Shown: positions 45,709 through 55,082 of the stretch, in pieces
How positions within the stretch are numbered: the stretch's first letter is position 1
How the letters are laid out: each line of letters starts with the position of its first letter
Assembly: GCF_026626625.1 (NCBI RefSeq)
Contig: NZ_JAPNJY010000032.1
Location: 74,976-138,975 of the forward strand
Reading direction: 5' to 3'
Origin: Corallococcus sp. BB11-1
GTDB lineage: Bacteria > Myxococcota > Myxococcia > Myxococcales > Myxococcaceae
Length of the DNA: 64,000 nucleotides
Notes under the pieces: generated by a model
The model's input: the letters and a program-made list of their open reading frames with translations, nothing else
Databases searched by the model: none
Told to the model about the DNA's origin: nothing
Translations under genes and position numbers: made by a program

Positions 45709-46527
45709 ATGAAGGTCGAAGGTCAGGACGCCCCTTCCGGACACGAGAAGGTCCCCCCGGAGAAGGAGGCGTTCCAGCAGGTCCTCCAGCAGACGTCCCA
45801 ACGCCGCGGTCCCCGGGGTCCTCCCGGGTCCCTCCCCCCGCCCGGAACGGTGGCCGTGGGCAGGCCGCCAGGCTCCCGCCCCACCCTTCCTCCAGGCACC
45901 ACGGGCCTGACGGCGCGCATCCCGTCCGCCCGGGCCCTGGCCTCCGTCGTCTCGACCGCCCGCAGCGCGCTCGGAAGCCCGGAGACCCTCCGCCAGGCGC
46001 GCCAGGGCATGCACATGGAGACCCAGCGACTGGGCACCGTGCGCCACGAGGCCCAGGTCGAGGGCCGGGAGCAGGCCTCGCACCGGGCCTCGGAGTTGAT
46101 TGCCCGCGAGCTGGAGCGCTCGTTCCGCGCCGAACCCCGCCCCGCCCCGCCCCCCGTTCCGCCCTCCCACGCGCGCGCGGACAGCCCCGGCGAGGGCGCC
46201 GCGCGAACCGCTTCCACCGAGGCCCGGAACCTGACGGCAGGGCCCTCCGGGAGCGCCGGTGCGTCCGACACGCCCGTCGCGCAGGTCGAGTCCACGCTGG
46301 CCCTCATCGAGAAGATCGAGGTCTTCGTGAAGTCGCAGCGACCGGCGCTGGGCCTGAGCCTGCGGGGCGCGCTGGAGGCCACCGTGGAGGTGGAGCGCAC
46401 CGGCCCCCGCGAGGTGGCGCTGCGCATCCAGGGGCGCCACGGCCCCCTGCCCACGGAGGATGTCACGCGGCTGCGGGACGCGCTGGAGGCCCGGGGCCTG
46501 CGACTCAGCGTCCTCCGGGCGGAGTGA
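45709..46527 (+). CDS. Pro-rich hypothetical protein with C-terminal FliK/Flg_hook-like domain
   Basis: The N-terminus is Pro/Gly-rich. The C-terminus (IEKIEVFVKSQRPALGLSLRGALEATVEVERTGPREVALRIQG...EDVTRLRDALEARGLRLSVLR) resembles the hook-length-control C-terminal pattern (L.L.P..LG.V.V.L....g.....A.......eL...L...Gl.L..v.v). Confidence 0.5.
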   Translation: MKVEGQDAPSGHEKVPPEKEAFQQVLQQTSQRRGPRGPPGSLPPPGTVAVGRPPGSRPTLPPGTTGLTARIPSARALASVVSTARSALGSPETLRQARQGMHMETQRLGTVRHEAQVEGREQASHRASELIARELERSFRAEPRPAPPPVPPSHARADSPGEGAARTASTEARNLTAGPSGSAGASDTPVAQVESTLALIEKIEVFVKSQRPALGLSLRGALEATVEVERTGPREVALRIQGRHGPLPTEDVTRLRDALEARGLRLSVLRAE

Positions 46528-46629
46528 GCGCGCGGCATGTCCCGGCCGGTCGCCACGAATGACGAAGGCCCTCACGCCGGGGGCGCAAGGGCCTTCACCG
46601 CCACGGGCGCACTCGAGCGGGGTGGCGCC

Positions 46630-46971
46630 CTACTTCTTCGCGCCGGGAGCCGTGCTCAGTTCGGCGCGCTTGCCCGTCTTGTCCTTGTACTCCTCGGCCT
46701 CGGGCAGGGGCGCCTTCTTCTCCGCGATGTTCGGCCACTTGCCGGAGAGGTCCGTGTTGAGCGCCTGGTACTCCTTCCACTGGGCGGGCAGCTCCGACTC
46801 GGGGAAGATCGCCTTGGTCGGGCAGACGGGCTCGCAAGCGCCGCAGTCGATGCACTCGTCCGGGTGGATCACCAGGAAGTTCGCACCCTCATAGAAACAG
46901 TTGACCGGGCACACCTCGACACAGTCGGTGTACTTGCACTTGATGCAAGGCTCGGCGACGACGTAGGCCAT
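46630..46971 (-). CDS. fdxA: 7Fe ferredoxin (FdxA-type, [3Fe-4S][4Fe-4S])
   Basis: [55 protein letters not shown] carries the canonical cysteine pattern. Confidence 0.9.
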   Translation of the reverse strand: MAYVVAEPCIKCKYTDCVEVCPVNCFYEGANFLVIHPDECIDCGACEPVCPTKAIFPESELPAQWKEYQALNTDLSGKWPNIAEKKAPLPEAEEYKDKTGKRAELSTAPGAKK

Positions 46972-47079
46972 TTAAAACTCCTCAGTGCGGATTTCCGCGC
47001 GTCCGTGGCCGCGCACAGTAGATGGTTGCGGCCGGGGTGGCATCCTGAATTTAGGGCTCTCCCCGGCCACCTTCCCCTG

Positions 47080-48168
47080 TCAGCCCAGCAAGCCCTGCGC
47101 TTGCAGCAACTCCGCCACGAGGATGGCGCCCTTCGCGGCCCCCATCTTCGTGTTGTGGGAGACGAGCACGTACTTGAAGCCGTTCTCCAGCACCCCATCC
47201 TCGCGGATGCGGCCCACCGTGGTGGCCATACCCCCGTGGGTATCCCGGTCCATGCGGGGCTGGGGACGGAAGGGGTCGTCCAGCACTTCAATCCACCGGG
47301 GCGGAGCGGACGGCAGGGCGCTCGCAACCTCGGCCCCCTTCCACTCGCGCATGGCCTGGGCGACCTCCGCCACGGTGGCCTTCTTGCCGAGCGACACGAA
47401 GACGGACTCGGTGTGGCCTTCCAGGACGGCCACCCGGGTGCAGGTGCAGGAGACGCGCACGTCGTGCGGGGTGAGCGCCGCGCCCGCGGCATCCAGCGAC
47501 CCGAGGATCTTCTTCGTCTCGACCTCGACCTTGTGCTCCTCCTTGGGGATGTAGGGCACGACGTTGTCGAGGATGTCCAGACCGATGACGCCGGGCGAGC
47601 GGCCCGCGCCGGACATGGCCTGGAGGCTGGTCATCAGCACGGCCTTCACGCCGAAGCGTTCCGCCAGGGGGGCCAGCGTCACGGCGAGGCCGGTGGTGGT
47701 GCAGTTGGGGATGGGGACGATGAAGCCCTTCCAGCCGCGCTGCTTGCGCTGCGCCTGGATGAGCGGCGCGTGGCCCGCGTTGACGGGGGGGATGAGCAGG
47801 GGCACGTCGTCGTCGTAGCGGAAGGCGCTCGCGGCGGAGAACACCGGGATGTCGCGGGCGAGCCGGGGCTCCAGCTCCCGCGCCACGTCCGCCTCCACGG
47901 CGGAGAAGGCGATGTCGTAGTCCCTCGCCTGCACCGCGTCCCCGCTGAGCACGGTCATCCGGGCGATGGCTTCCGGCAGCGGCTCCGGGACGAACCAGGC
48001 CTGCATGCCGTTGGAGGCGCGCAGGGCCTCCCCGTAGGTCTTGCCGGCGGAGCGGGGCGAGGCCGCGAGCCCCGTCAGCGCGATGAGCGGGTGGTCCTTC
48101 AGGGCCGCGATGAACTGCTGGCCCGCGAGTCCGGTGGCGCCAATGAGTACCGCGCGAAGCTTGGCCAT
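47080..48168 (-). CDS. asd: Aspartate-semialdehyde dehydrogenase
   Basis: MAKLRAVLIGATGLAGQQ is a Rossmann fold. The active-site PNCTTTGL Cys region and the HNTKMGAAKGA C-terminus are present. Confidence 0.9.
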   Translation of the reverse strand: MAKLRAVLIGATGLAGQQFIAALKDHPLIALTGLAASPRSAGKTYGEALRASNGMQAWFVPEPLPEAIARMTVLSGDAVQARDYDIAFSAVEADVARELEPRLARDIPVFSAASAFRYDDDVPLLIPPVNAGHAPLIQAQRKQRGWKGFIVPIPNCTTTGLAVTLAPLAERFGVKAVLMTSLQAMSGAGRSPGVIGLDILDNVVPYIPKEEHKVEVETKKILGSLDAAGAALTPHDVRVSCTCTRVAVLEGHTESVFVSLGKKATVAEVAQAMREWKGAEVASALPSAPPRWIEVLDDPFRPQPRMDRDTHGGMATTVGRIREDGVLENGFKYVLVSHNTKMGAAKGAILVAELLQAQGLLG

Positions 48169-48237
48169 CGTGGAGGGTCTCCGGTGGGGGCGGAAGGCCG
48201 CTCCTTACACCGTTTCACGACGCACCGCATCCACCGC

Positions 48238-48624
48238 TCAGCGGTGGGCGTGGTGCTGGGGGCGCGTGTGGCGTTCGGTGGGATAGCCCCCCGTCACCCA
48301 GGCGTGGAGCCCCCCGGTGAGACAGACGGCGTTGCGCCCCCGGAGTCTCAGCACGCGGCAGATGCGGCGGATGTCGGCACAGTCCTGGGTGGTGCCGCAC
48401 AGGACGATGAGTTCGTCGTCCGGCAGCATCGCCAGGTCGCGGGCGATCTCCGAGGCCGTCATGCGCAGCGCACCGGGGATGTGGACCTCGAACCGCTCCC
48501 AGTCCATCGCGTCCCGACAATCCAGGACGAGCACATCCTCGTCCCCCAGGCGCATGAACAACTCATCGCAAATGATGGTGGGCTCCACCGGGGCCTCCCC
48601 GAGGCGACATGTTCCTTCGAACAT
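48238..48624 (-). CDS. Rhodanese-domain protein
   Basis: The start is probably MFEGT at 48624. LVLDCRDAMDWERFEVHIPGALRM...LIVLCGTTQDCADIRR has the rhodanese active-site Cys loop (CGTTQDC). Confidence 0.6.
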   Translation of the reverse strand: MFEGTCRLGEAPVEPTIICDELFMRLGDEDVLVLDCRDAMDWERFEVHIPGALRMTASEIARDLAMLPDDELIVLCGTTQDCADIRRICRVLRLRGRNAVCLTGGLHAWVTGGYPTERHTRPQHHAHR

Positions 48625-48700
48625 GAACCTTCGGGGTGGGGCCCCCTCTTCCCGCCTGCCTGCCCGCCTGCCCCCGCGGGCCATGCCGGGGGCTCCGGGT

Positions 48701-49852
48701 TCAGAGCCCGAGCTGCTTGGCGATGATCTCGTTCATCACCTCGCTGGTGCCGCCGCCAATGGGGCCCAGCCGCGCGTCACGCCAGTGGCGCTGGATGTCG
48801 TACTCCATCATGTAGCCGGCGCCCCCGTGGAGCTGGAGGCACTCGTCGGCCACGCGGCAGCACGTCTCGGTGGCCACCTTCTTGGCCATGGAGGTCTGCG
48901 CGACGGCGTACTCGCCCGCCACGTGCAGGCGCAGCGCGTGGTAGGTGAGCTGACGCGCGCATTCGCGGGCCGTGTAGAGGTCCGCGAGCTTGTGGCGGAT
49001 GACCTGGAACTGCCCCAGCGTCTGGCCGAAGGCGCGGCGCGACTTCACGTGCTCGAGCACCGTCTCCAGCATGTCGTCCATGGCGCCCACCGCGCCCAGG
49101 GCGAGCGACAGGCGCTCCCACTGGAAGTTGCCCATGATCTGCGAGAAGCCCTGCCCCTCCACTCCCAGCAGGTTCTCCGCCGGCACGCGGCAGTCCTCGA
49201 AGAAGAGCTCCGCCGTGTCCGACGCGCGCCAGCCCACCTTCTGGAGCTTGCGGCCCACGCTGAAGCCGGGGGTGCCCCGCTCCACGACGAGCATGGACAG
49301 GCCCTTGTGGCCCCGGGTGGGGTCGGTCTTCACCGCCAGCACCACGAAGTCCGCGCGCACGCCGTTGGTGATGTACGTCTTGGAGCCGTTGACGACGTAG
49401 TGGTCGCCCTCGCGCCGGGCCGTGGTCCGCAGGCCCGCGACGTCCGAGCCGGCGTCGGGTTCGCTGATGCCCAGGGCGCCAATCTTCTCCCCCCGGGTGG
49501 CCGGGGCCAGCCAGCGCTGCTTCTGGGCCTCCGTGCCGAACAGGTGCAGGGGCCCGGTGGAGATGGTGAACTGCGCCGCCAGGCCGGCCGCCACGCCGCC
49601 GGAGCCGCACCGGCCCAGCTCCTCCAGGAGCACCGCCTCGTAGAGCTCACCGGCGGCCGTGCCCCCGAAGGCCTCCGGGTACTTCAGGCCCAGGAAGCCC
49701 AGCTCGCCAAAGCGGCGGAAGATTTCACGGGGGAACTCCTCACGGTCCTCCCACTCCGCCGCGAAGGGGCGCAGCTCCTTGTCCACCACCGCCCGCACCG
49801 TGCGGCGGAAGGCTTCGTGCTCCTCCAGGAAGACTCCGTGACCATGAAGCAT
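48701..49852 (-). CDS. Acyl-CoA dehydrogenase
   Basis: 383 aa. FAAEWEDREEFPREIFRRFGELGFLGLKYPEAFGG, ISEPDAGSDVAGLRTTA and the C-terminal QLHGGAGYMMEYDIQRHWRDARLGPIGGGTSEV motifs are present. Confidence 0.9.
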   Translation of the reverse strand: MLHGHGVFLEEHEAFRRTVRAVVDKELRPFAAEWEDREEFPREIFRRFGELGFLGLKYPEAFGGTAAGELYEAVLLEELGRCGSGGVAAGLAAQFTISTGPLHLFGTEAQKQRWLAPATRGEKIGALGISEPDAGSDVAGLRTTARREGDHYVVNGSKTYITNGVRADFVVLAVKTDPTRGHKGLSMLVVERGTPGFSVGRKLQKVGWRASDTAELFFEDCRVPAENLLGVEGQGFSQIMGNFQWERLSLALGAVGAMDDMLETVLEHVKSRRAFGQTLGQFQVIRHKLADLYTARECARQLTYHALRLHVAGEYAVAQTSMAKKVATETCCRVADECLQLHGGAGYMMEYDIQRHWRDARLGPIGGGTSEVMNEIIAKQLGL

Positions 49853-49996
49853 CGTGTTTTCCGTCCCCTTGGGTTTCCCGGGCTACGCCCGGCAGGGCCT
49901 GACGCCCCGCGCCGCATGCTACCGGGACGAGAAGCGAGGCTGGGCCGTGTTGCTTCCTTGACCGAATCCTCCGGGGCTGCGTATAAACCCGGCCCC

Positions 49997-50068
49997 AATC
50001 ACTTCCGGCGCCATAGCCAAGTGGTAAGGCAAAGGTCTGCAAAACCTTCATTCCCCGGTTCGAATCCG
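49997..50068 (+). tRNA. tRNA-Cys (anticodon GCA)
   Basis: GGCGCCATAGCCAAGTGGTAAGGCAAAGGTCTGCAAAACCTTCATTCCCCGGTTCGAATCCGGGTGGCGCCT is 72 nt with the U73 discriminator typical of tRNA-Cys. The CCA is not encoded. Confidence 0.9.
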
Positions 50069-50079
50069 GGTGGCGCCTC

Positions 50080-50122
50080 AACAGACAAAGGCCCGATGCG
50101 GAAGCCACTTCCGCATCGGGCC
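50080..50122 (+). terminator. Rho-independent terminator after tRNA-Cys (possibly bidirectional)
   Basis: A perfect 15-bp stem (GGCCCGATGCGGAAG-cca-CTTCCGCATCGGGCC) is followed by TTCTGTTTTT. It lies between the convergent tRNA-Cys and the beta-helix lipoprotein gene. Confidence 0.7.
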
Positions 50123-50160
50123 TTCTGTTTTTCCCGTCCGGGGGCGCGCTGGGGGTGGGC

Positions 50161-51831
50161 CTAGCAGCCCAGCTCCACCGCGCCGATGTCCGGGGCCGCG
50201 CCGCAGAAGGGCTGGCCCACGTCCAGGCCCTTGTCCTGGGCGGCGGGCGACGGGGCGAACACGTCCGACACGGCCACGTCCCCTCCCGTGGAGGTCGCGT
50301 CCCCGGTGGCGGCCTTGAAGGCGTCCAGGGCCACGAGCTGCCCGTTGTGCTTGAACTGGGCACCCGCCGGGTAGAGGTTGGAGCCCATCTTCAGGCCGGG
50401 GGCCTGGCCGCCCACGTCCACGGCGATGGGGGCGTCCACGAGGTTGTTCTCCACGCGGAGCGACTCGGTGGGGCCTCCGGTGCCGTGGCCCAGCATGATG
50501 GCGGACTTCGCGCGGGTGACGGTGTTGTTCGCCACCACCGTGCCCTTGGAGTTCTCCAGGCGGATGGCGGTGCCCTCGCCGCCGCCCGCGTCGGTGATGT
50601 CGTGCACGCGGTTGCCACGCACGACGATGGCCTGGGGCACCGGGCCCTCGTGGTTGCCGCCCACGGCGATGCCCTTGGAGGCGTCGTACACCTCGTTGTC
50701 CTCCACCAGCACGTTCTTCGCGGAGTAGTGGATGACCAGCGCTTCGCCCCGGGCCGTGGCGGACTGCACGAAGCCGTGCATCCGGTTGTTGCGGATGGTG
50801 ACGTCGTGGCACGTCTTGATGTCCACGGCGTTCTCGCGGTTGCCGAACAGGTGGTTGTTCTCCACCAGGAGGCCCGTGGCGGGCGGCAGCGCGCTGACGC
50901 CCTCCGGCCCCAGGCACTGCACGGAGTCACCGGAGTTGCCGTGGATGTCGTTGTTGCGCACCGTCACGTCGTAGGACGCCGCCTGCACGACGATGCCGTG
51001 CGAGTCCTGGTTGCCGGTGGTCCGCACGAAGTCGTGGATGTTGTTGTTCTCGATGGTGGCGCCCCGGGCGTTGTTGAACGTCGTGATGCCCGCCCCACCC
51101 GTCCCGTGGTGCAGCTCCGAATTGGCCAGCACCGTGCCCTGCACGTCACCTTCGAAGGCGACGCCGAAGATGGGCTGCGACTGCACGTCGATGTCGAAGC
51201 CGTCGAGGATCCAGTGGGGCCGGCGCACCTGCACGAGCGCGCCCGAGCCGCTGCCCGGCGTGAGCTTCGGGCGGCCCTCGCCCTGGAGGGTGATCTTCGC
51301 CTCCGGGGTGCCCGCCTTGACGTTCTCCCCCAGGACGACGCGTTCGGCGTAGGTGCCCGCCAGCACGCGGATGCGGTCGCCAGGAGCCGCCTTGCCCACC
51401 GCCATGGCGATGGTGCGCAGCGGCGCGGCCTCCGTCCCCTCGGCGCTGTCGTTGCCGTTGGGGGACACCACCCACTCGTGGCGGGGGGCCGCCGGCTCGG
51501 TGGCGGTCATCGCCTTGGCGTTGACTGCGGGCTGGGGGCCGGGCTCCGCGATGGGGGCATGGTCCGGGTGCGCCGGCATCTGGGCGGCAGGCGTGTTGGC
51601 CACCGGCTGCACGCCGATGGGGGGTGCCTTGCCCGGGGCCGTGGGCGTCTTCTCGATGGTGGGACCCTTGGCGTTGGGGGCAGGCGTCTGAGAGGAGCCC
51701 GAGCCCGAAGGGTCGGAGGAGCCGCCCGAGCCGCCACCGCAGGCGCCGAGGGTCAGGGCCAGGGCGCAGGCAGCCAGGGAGGTCACCAGGGTGTTTCGCT
51801 TCGTCAAGCCGTTGCCTCCGTGAATTCGCAT
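50161..51831 (-). CDS. Lipoprotein with right-handed parallel beta-helix repeats (pectate-lyase/NosD-like fold)
   Basis: The ATG at 51831 gives MRIHGGNGLTKRNTLVTSLAACALALTLGAC (lipobox). A Gly/Ser/Pro linker follows. Repeated N-x-I/V-x-D/N beta-helix rungs are present (NNNIHDF, VRNNDIHGN, VENNHLFGN, IRNNRMHGF, VEDNEVYD, VRGNRVHD, VANNTVT, VENNLVD). Confidence 0.75.
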   Translation of the reverse strand: MRIHGGNGLTKRNTLVTSLAACALALTLGACGGGSGGSSDPSGSGSSQTPAPNAKGPTIEKTPTAPGKAPPIGVQPVANTPAAQMPAHPDHAPIAEPGPQPAVNAKAMTATEPAAPRHEWVVSPNGNDSAEGTEAAPLRTIAMAVGKAAPGDRIRVLAGTYAERVVLGENVKAGTPEAKITLQGEGRPKLTPGSGSGALVQVRRPHWILDGFDIDVQSQPIFGVAFEGDVQGTVLANSELHHGTGGAGITTFNNARGATIENNNIHDFVRTTGNQDSHGIVVQAASYDVTVRNNDIHGNSGDSVQCLGPEGVSALPPATGLLVENNHLFGNRENAVDIKTCHDVTIRNNRMHGFVQSATARGEALVIHYSAKNVLVEDNEVYDASKGIAVGGNHEGPVPQAIVVRGNRVHDITDAGGGEGTAIRLENSKGTVVANNTVTRAKSAIMLGHGTGGPTESLRVENNLVDAPIAVDVGGQAPGLKMGSNLYPAGAQFKHNGQLVALDAFKAATGDATSTGGDVAVSDVFAPSPAAQDKGLDVGQPFCGAAPDIGAVELGC

Positions 51832-51952
51832 GAACAGGGGCAACGCACGGCGTCGGCCGTTCTATTCACTGCCGGTCATCCCGGGCCAGACGCGCCGCAG
51901 GGGAAGGGAGGACCGTGACGCCCGACCGCGCGGCGGCTACGGTGCCGCCGCC

Positions 51953-53704
51953 GTGTCCAAAGCCGTCCTCCTCCTGACCGCCCTGCTGCTCGCCTCCTGT
52001 GCCACGTCGGCGCCCACCCCGCTTCCCGAGCCCCGGACCCAGGGACTGGGCGAGCCAGAGGTCTCCACGAGCGCGAGCCCCGCCGACGCGGGCGTGGCGC
52101 TCCCGGACGCGGGCGCCCCGCTGCTGGATCCGCTCACCTCCGGGCTGCCCGGGCCGCAGGACCTGAAGCGCCTGGACTTCCGCAACGGCGAGCCCCAGCT
52201 GCCCATCAAGCTCATGGAGGGGCGGGACGTGGTGACGTTCTCGCCGCGCGGCCGGATGCGCCTGCGCTTCGGCGGGCCGGGCGACAAGATGCTGGATGCG
52301 CCCGCGGGCTCCCGGTGGACGGTGCGGGTGACGCAGGGCGAACCCGCGCAGTGGAGCGCGCGGCTGCAGTTGGGGGAGTTCCGGTTCGCGGACAAGGCGG
52401 GCCTCCAGGAGGCGCAGGAGACGTGGCGCGCGCGGGGCGTGGCGGTGCGCACGCACACGCTGGGCTCGGTGTACGGCATCGCGGGGAAGGTCATCGACAA
52501 CCGGCGCTACCTGCTGCTGACCGAAGAGGCGCTCACGCCCGAGGCGGCGGCGCGGGAGCAGGCGGAGTTGCTGCGCCGCTTCGGCCTGCGCACCACCCTC
52601 TTCGAGGAGGTCCGCAAGCCGTCGAGCGCCATCCTCGAGGTGAAGGACGAAAACGACGCGGTGGTGGGCCTGGCCCAGGACCGGCTGGACGCGGAGACGC
52701 CGGACGGCAGCGGCTTCGACGTGCGGCAGGTGGAGTACGGCGTGGGCTACGACTTCCACGCCTTCGAGGACCGCGCCTTCCGGGGCGCGCTCCAGTTCGC
52801 GGCGGACCGGAGCGGCAAGCTCGCGGTGGTGAACGTCGTGCCGCTGGAGGACCTGCTCAAGGGCCTGGTGCCCTCCGAAATCTTCGCGCGCGCGCACCCG
52901 GAGGCGCTCAAGGCGCAGGCCGTCACCGCGCGGGGCGAGGTGCTGGCGAAGGTGGGCATCAAGCACCTGGCGGACCCCTACCTGCTGTGCTCGGAGCAGC
53001 ACTGCGCCGTGTACCGGGGCCGCACCGGCGAAGCGGCCAGCACCACCGCCGCGGTGGAGGCCACCCGGGGCGAGGCCCTGTTCAGCAAGGACGGGCGGCT
53101 GGTGGACTCCGTCTACAGCGCCGTGTGCGGCGGCCACACGGAGGACAACGACGTGGTGTGGGGCGGCCCGCCCGACCCCAGCCTGCGCGGCCGGCCCGAC
53201 CTGCTGGAGGCCGCGCCGGGCGTGCCGGGGCCGTCCTCCCTCAAGGCGTGGCTGGCCACCCCGGACGTGCCCGCCGCGTGCCGGCTGTCCAGCTTCGCCC
53301 AGCCGACGAAGTTCCGGTGGGAGAAGCGCTTCACGCAAGCGCAGGTGGACGCGCTCACGCAGAAGCTGGGCGTGGGGCCCATCCAGGCCCTGAGCCTGTC
53401 CGAGCGCGGGGTCTCCGGCCGGGCGAAGCTGCTCACGCTGGCCGGCCTGAAGGGCGCCACCCAGGTCCGGGGAGAGCTGAACATCCGGCGACTCTTCGGG
53501 ATGCTCAACAGCAGCATGGCCACGGTGGAAGTCGAGCGGGACGCCGAGGGCCGCCTCACCGGGTGGCTGTTCCGGGGCGGAGGCTGGGGCCACGGCGTGG
53601 GCATGTGTCAGACAGGCGCCATTGGCCGGGCGGAAGCCGGACACCGCTACCCGGAGATCCTGCGCTACTACTTCAACGGCGCGGAGGTCGCGCCCATCTA
53701 TTGA
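51953..53704 (+). CDS. SpoIID/LytB-domain protein (lytic transglycosylase-type PG remodelling), probable lipoprotein
   Basis: The SpoIID signature region YSAVCGGHTEDNDVVWGGPPDPSLRGRPD and GHGVGMCQTGAIGRAEAGHRYPEILRYYFNGAEV are present. A GTG at 51953 gives VSKAVLLLTALLLASC (lipobox). An in-frame ATG also exists at 51830. Confidence 0.7.
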   Translation: MSKAVLLLTALLLASCATSAPTPLPEPRTQGLGEPEVSTSASPADAGVALPDAGAPLLDPLTSGLPGPQDLKRLDFRNGEPQLPIKLMEGRDVVTFSPRGRMRLRFGGPGDKMLDAPAGSRWTVRVTQGEPAQWSARLQLGEFRFADKAGLQEAQETWRARGVAVRTHTLGSVYGIAGKVIDNRRYLLLTEEALTPEAAAREQAELLRRFGLRTTLFEEVRKPSSAILEVKDENDAVVGLAQDRLDAETPDGSGFDVRQVEYGVGYDFHAFEDRAFRGALQFAADRSGKLAVVNVVPLEDLLKGLVPSEIFARAHPEALKAQAVTARGEVLAKVGIKHLADPYLLCSEQHCAVYRGRTGEAASTTAAVEATRGEALFSKDGRLVDSVYSAVCGGHTEDNDVVWGGPPDPSLRGRPDLLEAAPGVPGPSSLKAWLATPDVPAACRLSSFAQPTKFRWEKRFTQAQVDALTQKLGVGPIQALSLSERGVSGRAKLLTLAGLKGATQVRGELNIRRLFGMLNSSMATVEVERDAEGRLTGWLFRGGGWGHGVGMCQTGAIGRAEAGHRYPEILRYYFNGAEVAPIY

Positions 53705-53823
53705 GACGAAGCGGACAATTCGTGCGCACCGGGTGCCGTGCACGCGAATCTCTTCGTGGCTCCCGGTGTTGTGGGCCGCACGTTCGGGACTGAAGGGGCG
53801 GTCCGGAGGTTTATCATCAGGCC

Positions 53824-55062
53824 GTGGGCAAGGGTTCCTCGACAGACTGGCGGGAGCGGCGCAAGCAGCGCGCGCCGTGGCGCTATCTGGTGGCGGCCGT
53901 CCTGGCGCTCCTGGGCCAGGCAGCCATCGTGGGCATCGTGCTCCTGGCGTCCCTGCTCCAGACGAACCTTGCCGGCGAGAAGCGCCCCGTGCCCCGCCCC
54001 ACGTCCGTGGCGGTGCGCCCCCTCACGTCGGACCAGTGGGCGAAGAACCGGGGCCCCACGTCCCCGCAGGTGAAGAACCGCCCCACCGAGAAGCGCGATC
54101 CGAAGGAGGAGAAGAAGCCGGAGGAGACGAAGCCCCAGGGCCAGGTGGTGGACGTGGCGCCGGGGAATGATCAGGTGTCCCCGGACGCGAAGTACCTGGC
54201 GGAGAGCAACAACACCGCCCAGAAGGAGACGCGCGCCAGGGACCAGACGGCCTTCTACCGCAACGCCATGCCCCAGAAGACGGCGCCCCAGAAGCAGGAG
54301 GGCGCGCCCACGGAGCAGGTGCAGCCGCCGCGCGTGTCCGGCAACAACGGCCAGGGCGCGGACGACAAGCCGAAGACGCAGGGTGGCCAGAAGCCCTCCT
54401 TCGAGATGCCGGAGACGCGCCGCAAGCAGGAGATCGCCATGAAGACGGATCCGCGCGAGCGCGGCCCGGGCATGGCGGTGAAGAACCAGTCGGAGAGCCA
54501 CGCCACCCCGGGCAACGCGAAGCGCCTGCGCATCCAGCCCGGCGAGGGCGACGACAGCGAGGAGGACGGCTCCACCGGCCGCACCGGCTCGCCGGGGCTG
54601 GCCACGCTGATGCCCTCGCAGGCGGCGATGGACCGGGTGGTGGGCGCGGCGCCCAACGACATGCTCCAGGACCAGGAGGAAGGCGACGGCACCTTCCTCA
54701 ACACGCGCGAGTGGAAGTACGCGAGCTTCTTCAACCGCGTGAAGCAGAGCGTGGGGATGCACTGGAACCCCAACGAGCAGCTGCGCGTGCGCGACCCGAC
54801 GGGCAACATCTACTCCGGGCGCGACCGTCAGACGCTGCTCACCATCACCCTGGATGACCGCGGGCAGGTGAAGGACATCCGGGTGGAGAAGAGCAGCGGC
54901 CTGGACTTCCTGGACATGGAGGCCGTGTCGTCGTTCAAGCGCGCCCAGCCCTTCCCCAACCCGCCCTCCGGGCTCCTGAGCCAGGACGCGACGGTGCGCT
55001 TCCAGTTCGGCTTCTTCCTGGAGATGGGCGGCGGCCCGAGGATGCGGCTCTTCCGTCAGTAG
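53824..55062 (+). CDS. TonB-family protein (N-terminal TM anchor, Pro/Lys/Glu-rich spacer, TonB C-terminal domain)
   Basis: A GTG start gives ...WRYLVAAVLALLGQAAIVGIVLL (TM). The spacer is KRDPKEEKKPEETKPQ. The C-terminus NRVKQSVGMHWNPN...TLLTITLDDRGQVKDIRVEKSSGLDFLDMEAVSSFKRAQPFPNPP matches the TonB_C fold. Confidence 0.7.
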   Translation: MGKGSSTDWRERRKQRAPWRYLVAAVLALLGQAAIVGIVLLASLLQTNLAGEKRPVPRPTSVAVRPLTSDQWAKNRGPTSPQVKNRPTEKRDPKEEKKPEETKPQGQVVDVAPGNDQVSPDAKYLAESNNTAQKETRARDQTAFYRNAMPQKTAPQKQEGAPTEQVQPPRVSGNNGQGADDKPKTQGGQKPSFEMPETRRKQEIAMKTDPRERGPGMAVKNQSESHATPGNAKRLRIQPGEGDDSEEDGSTGRTGSPGLATLMPSQAAMDRVVGAAPNDMLQDQEEGDGTFLNTREWKYASFFNRVKQSVGMHWNPNEQLRVRDPTGNIYSGRDRQTLLTITLDDRGQVKDIRVEKSSGLDFLDMEAVSSFKRAQPFPNPPSGLLSQDATVRFQFGFFLEMGGGPRMRLFRQ

Positions 55063-55082
55063 CCGGGCATCCGTCCCAACGG

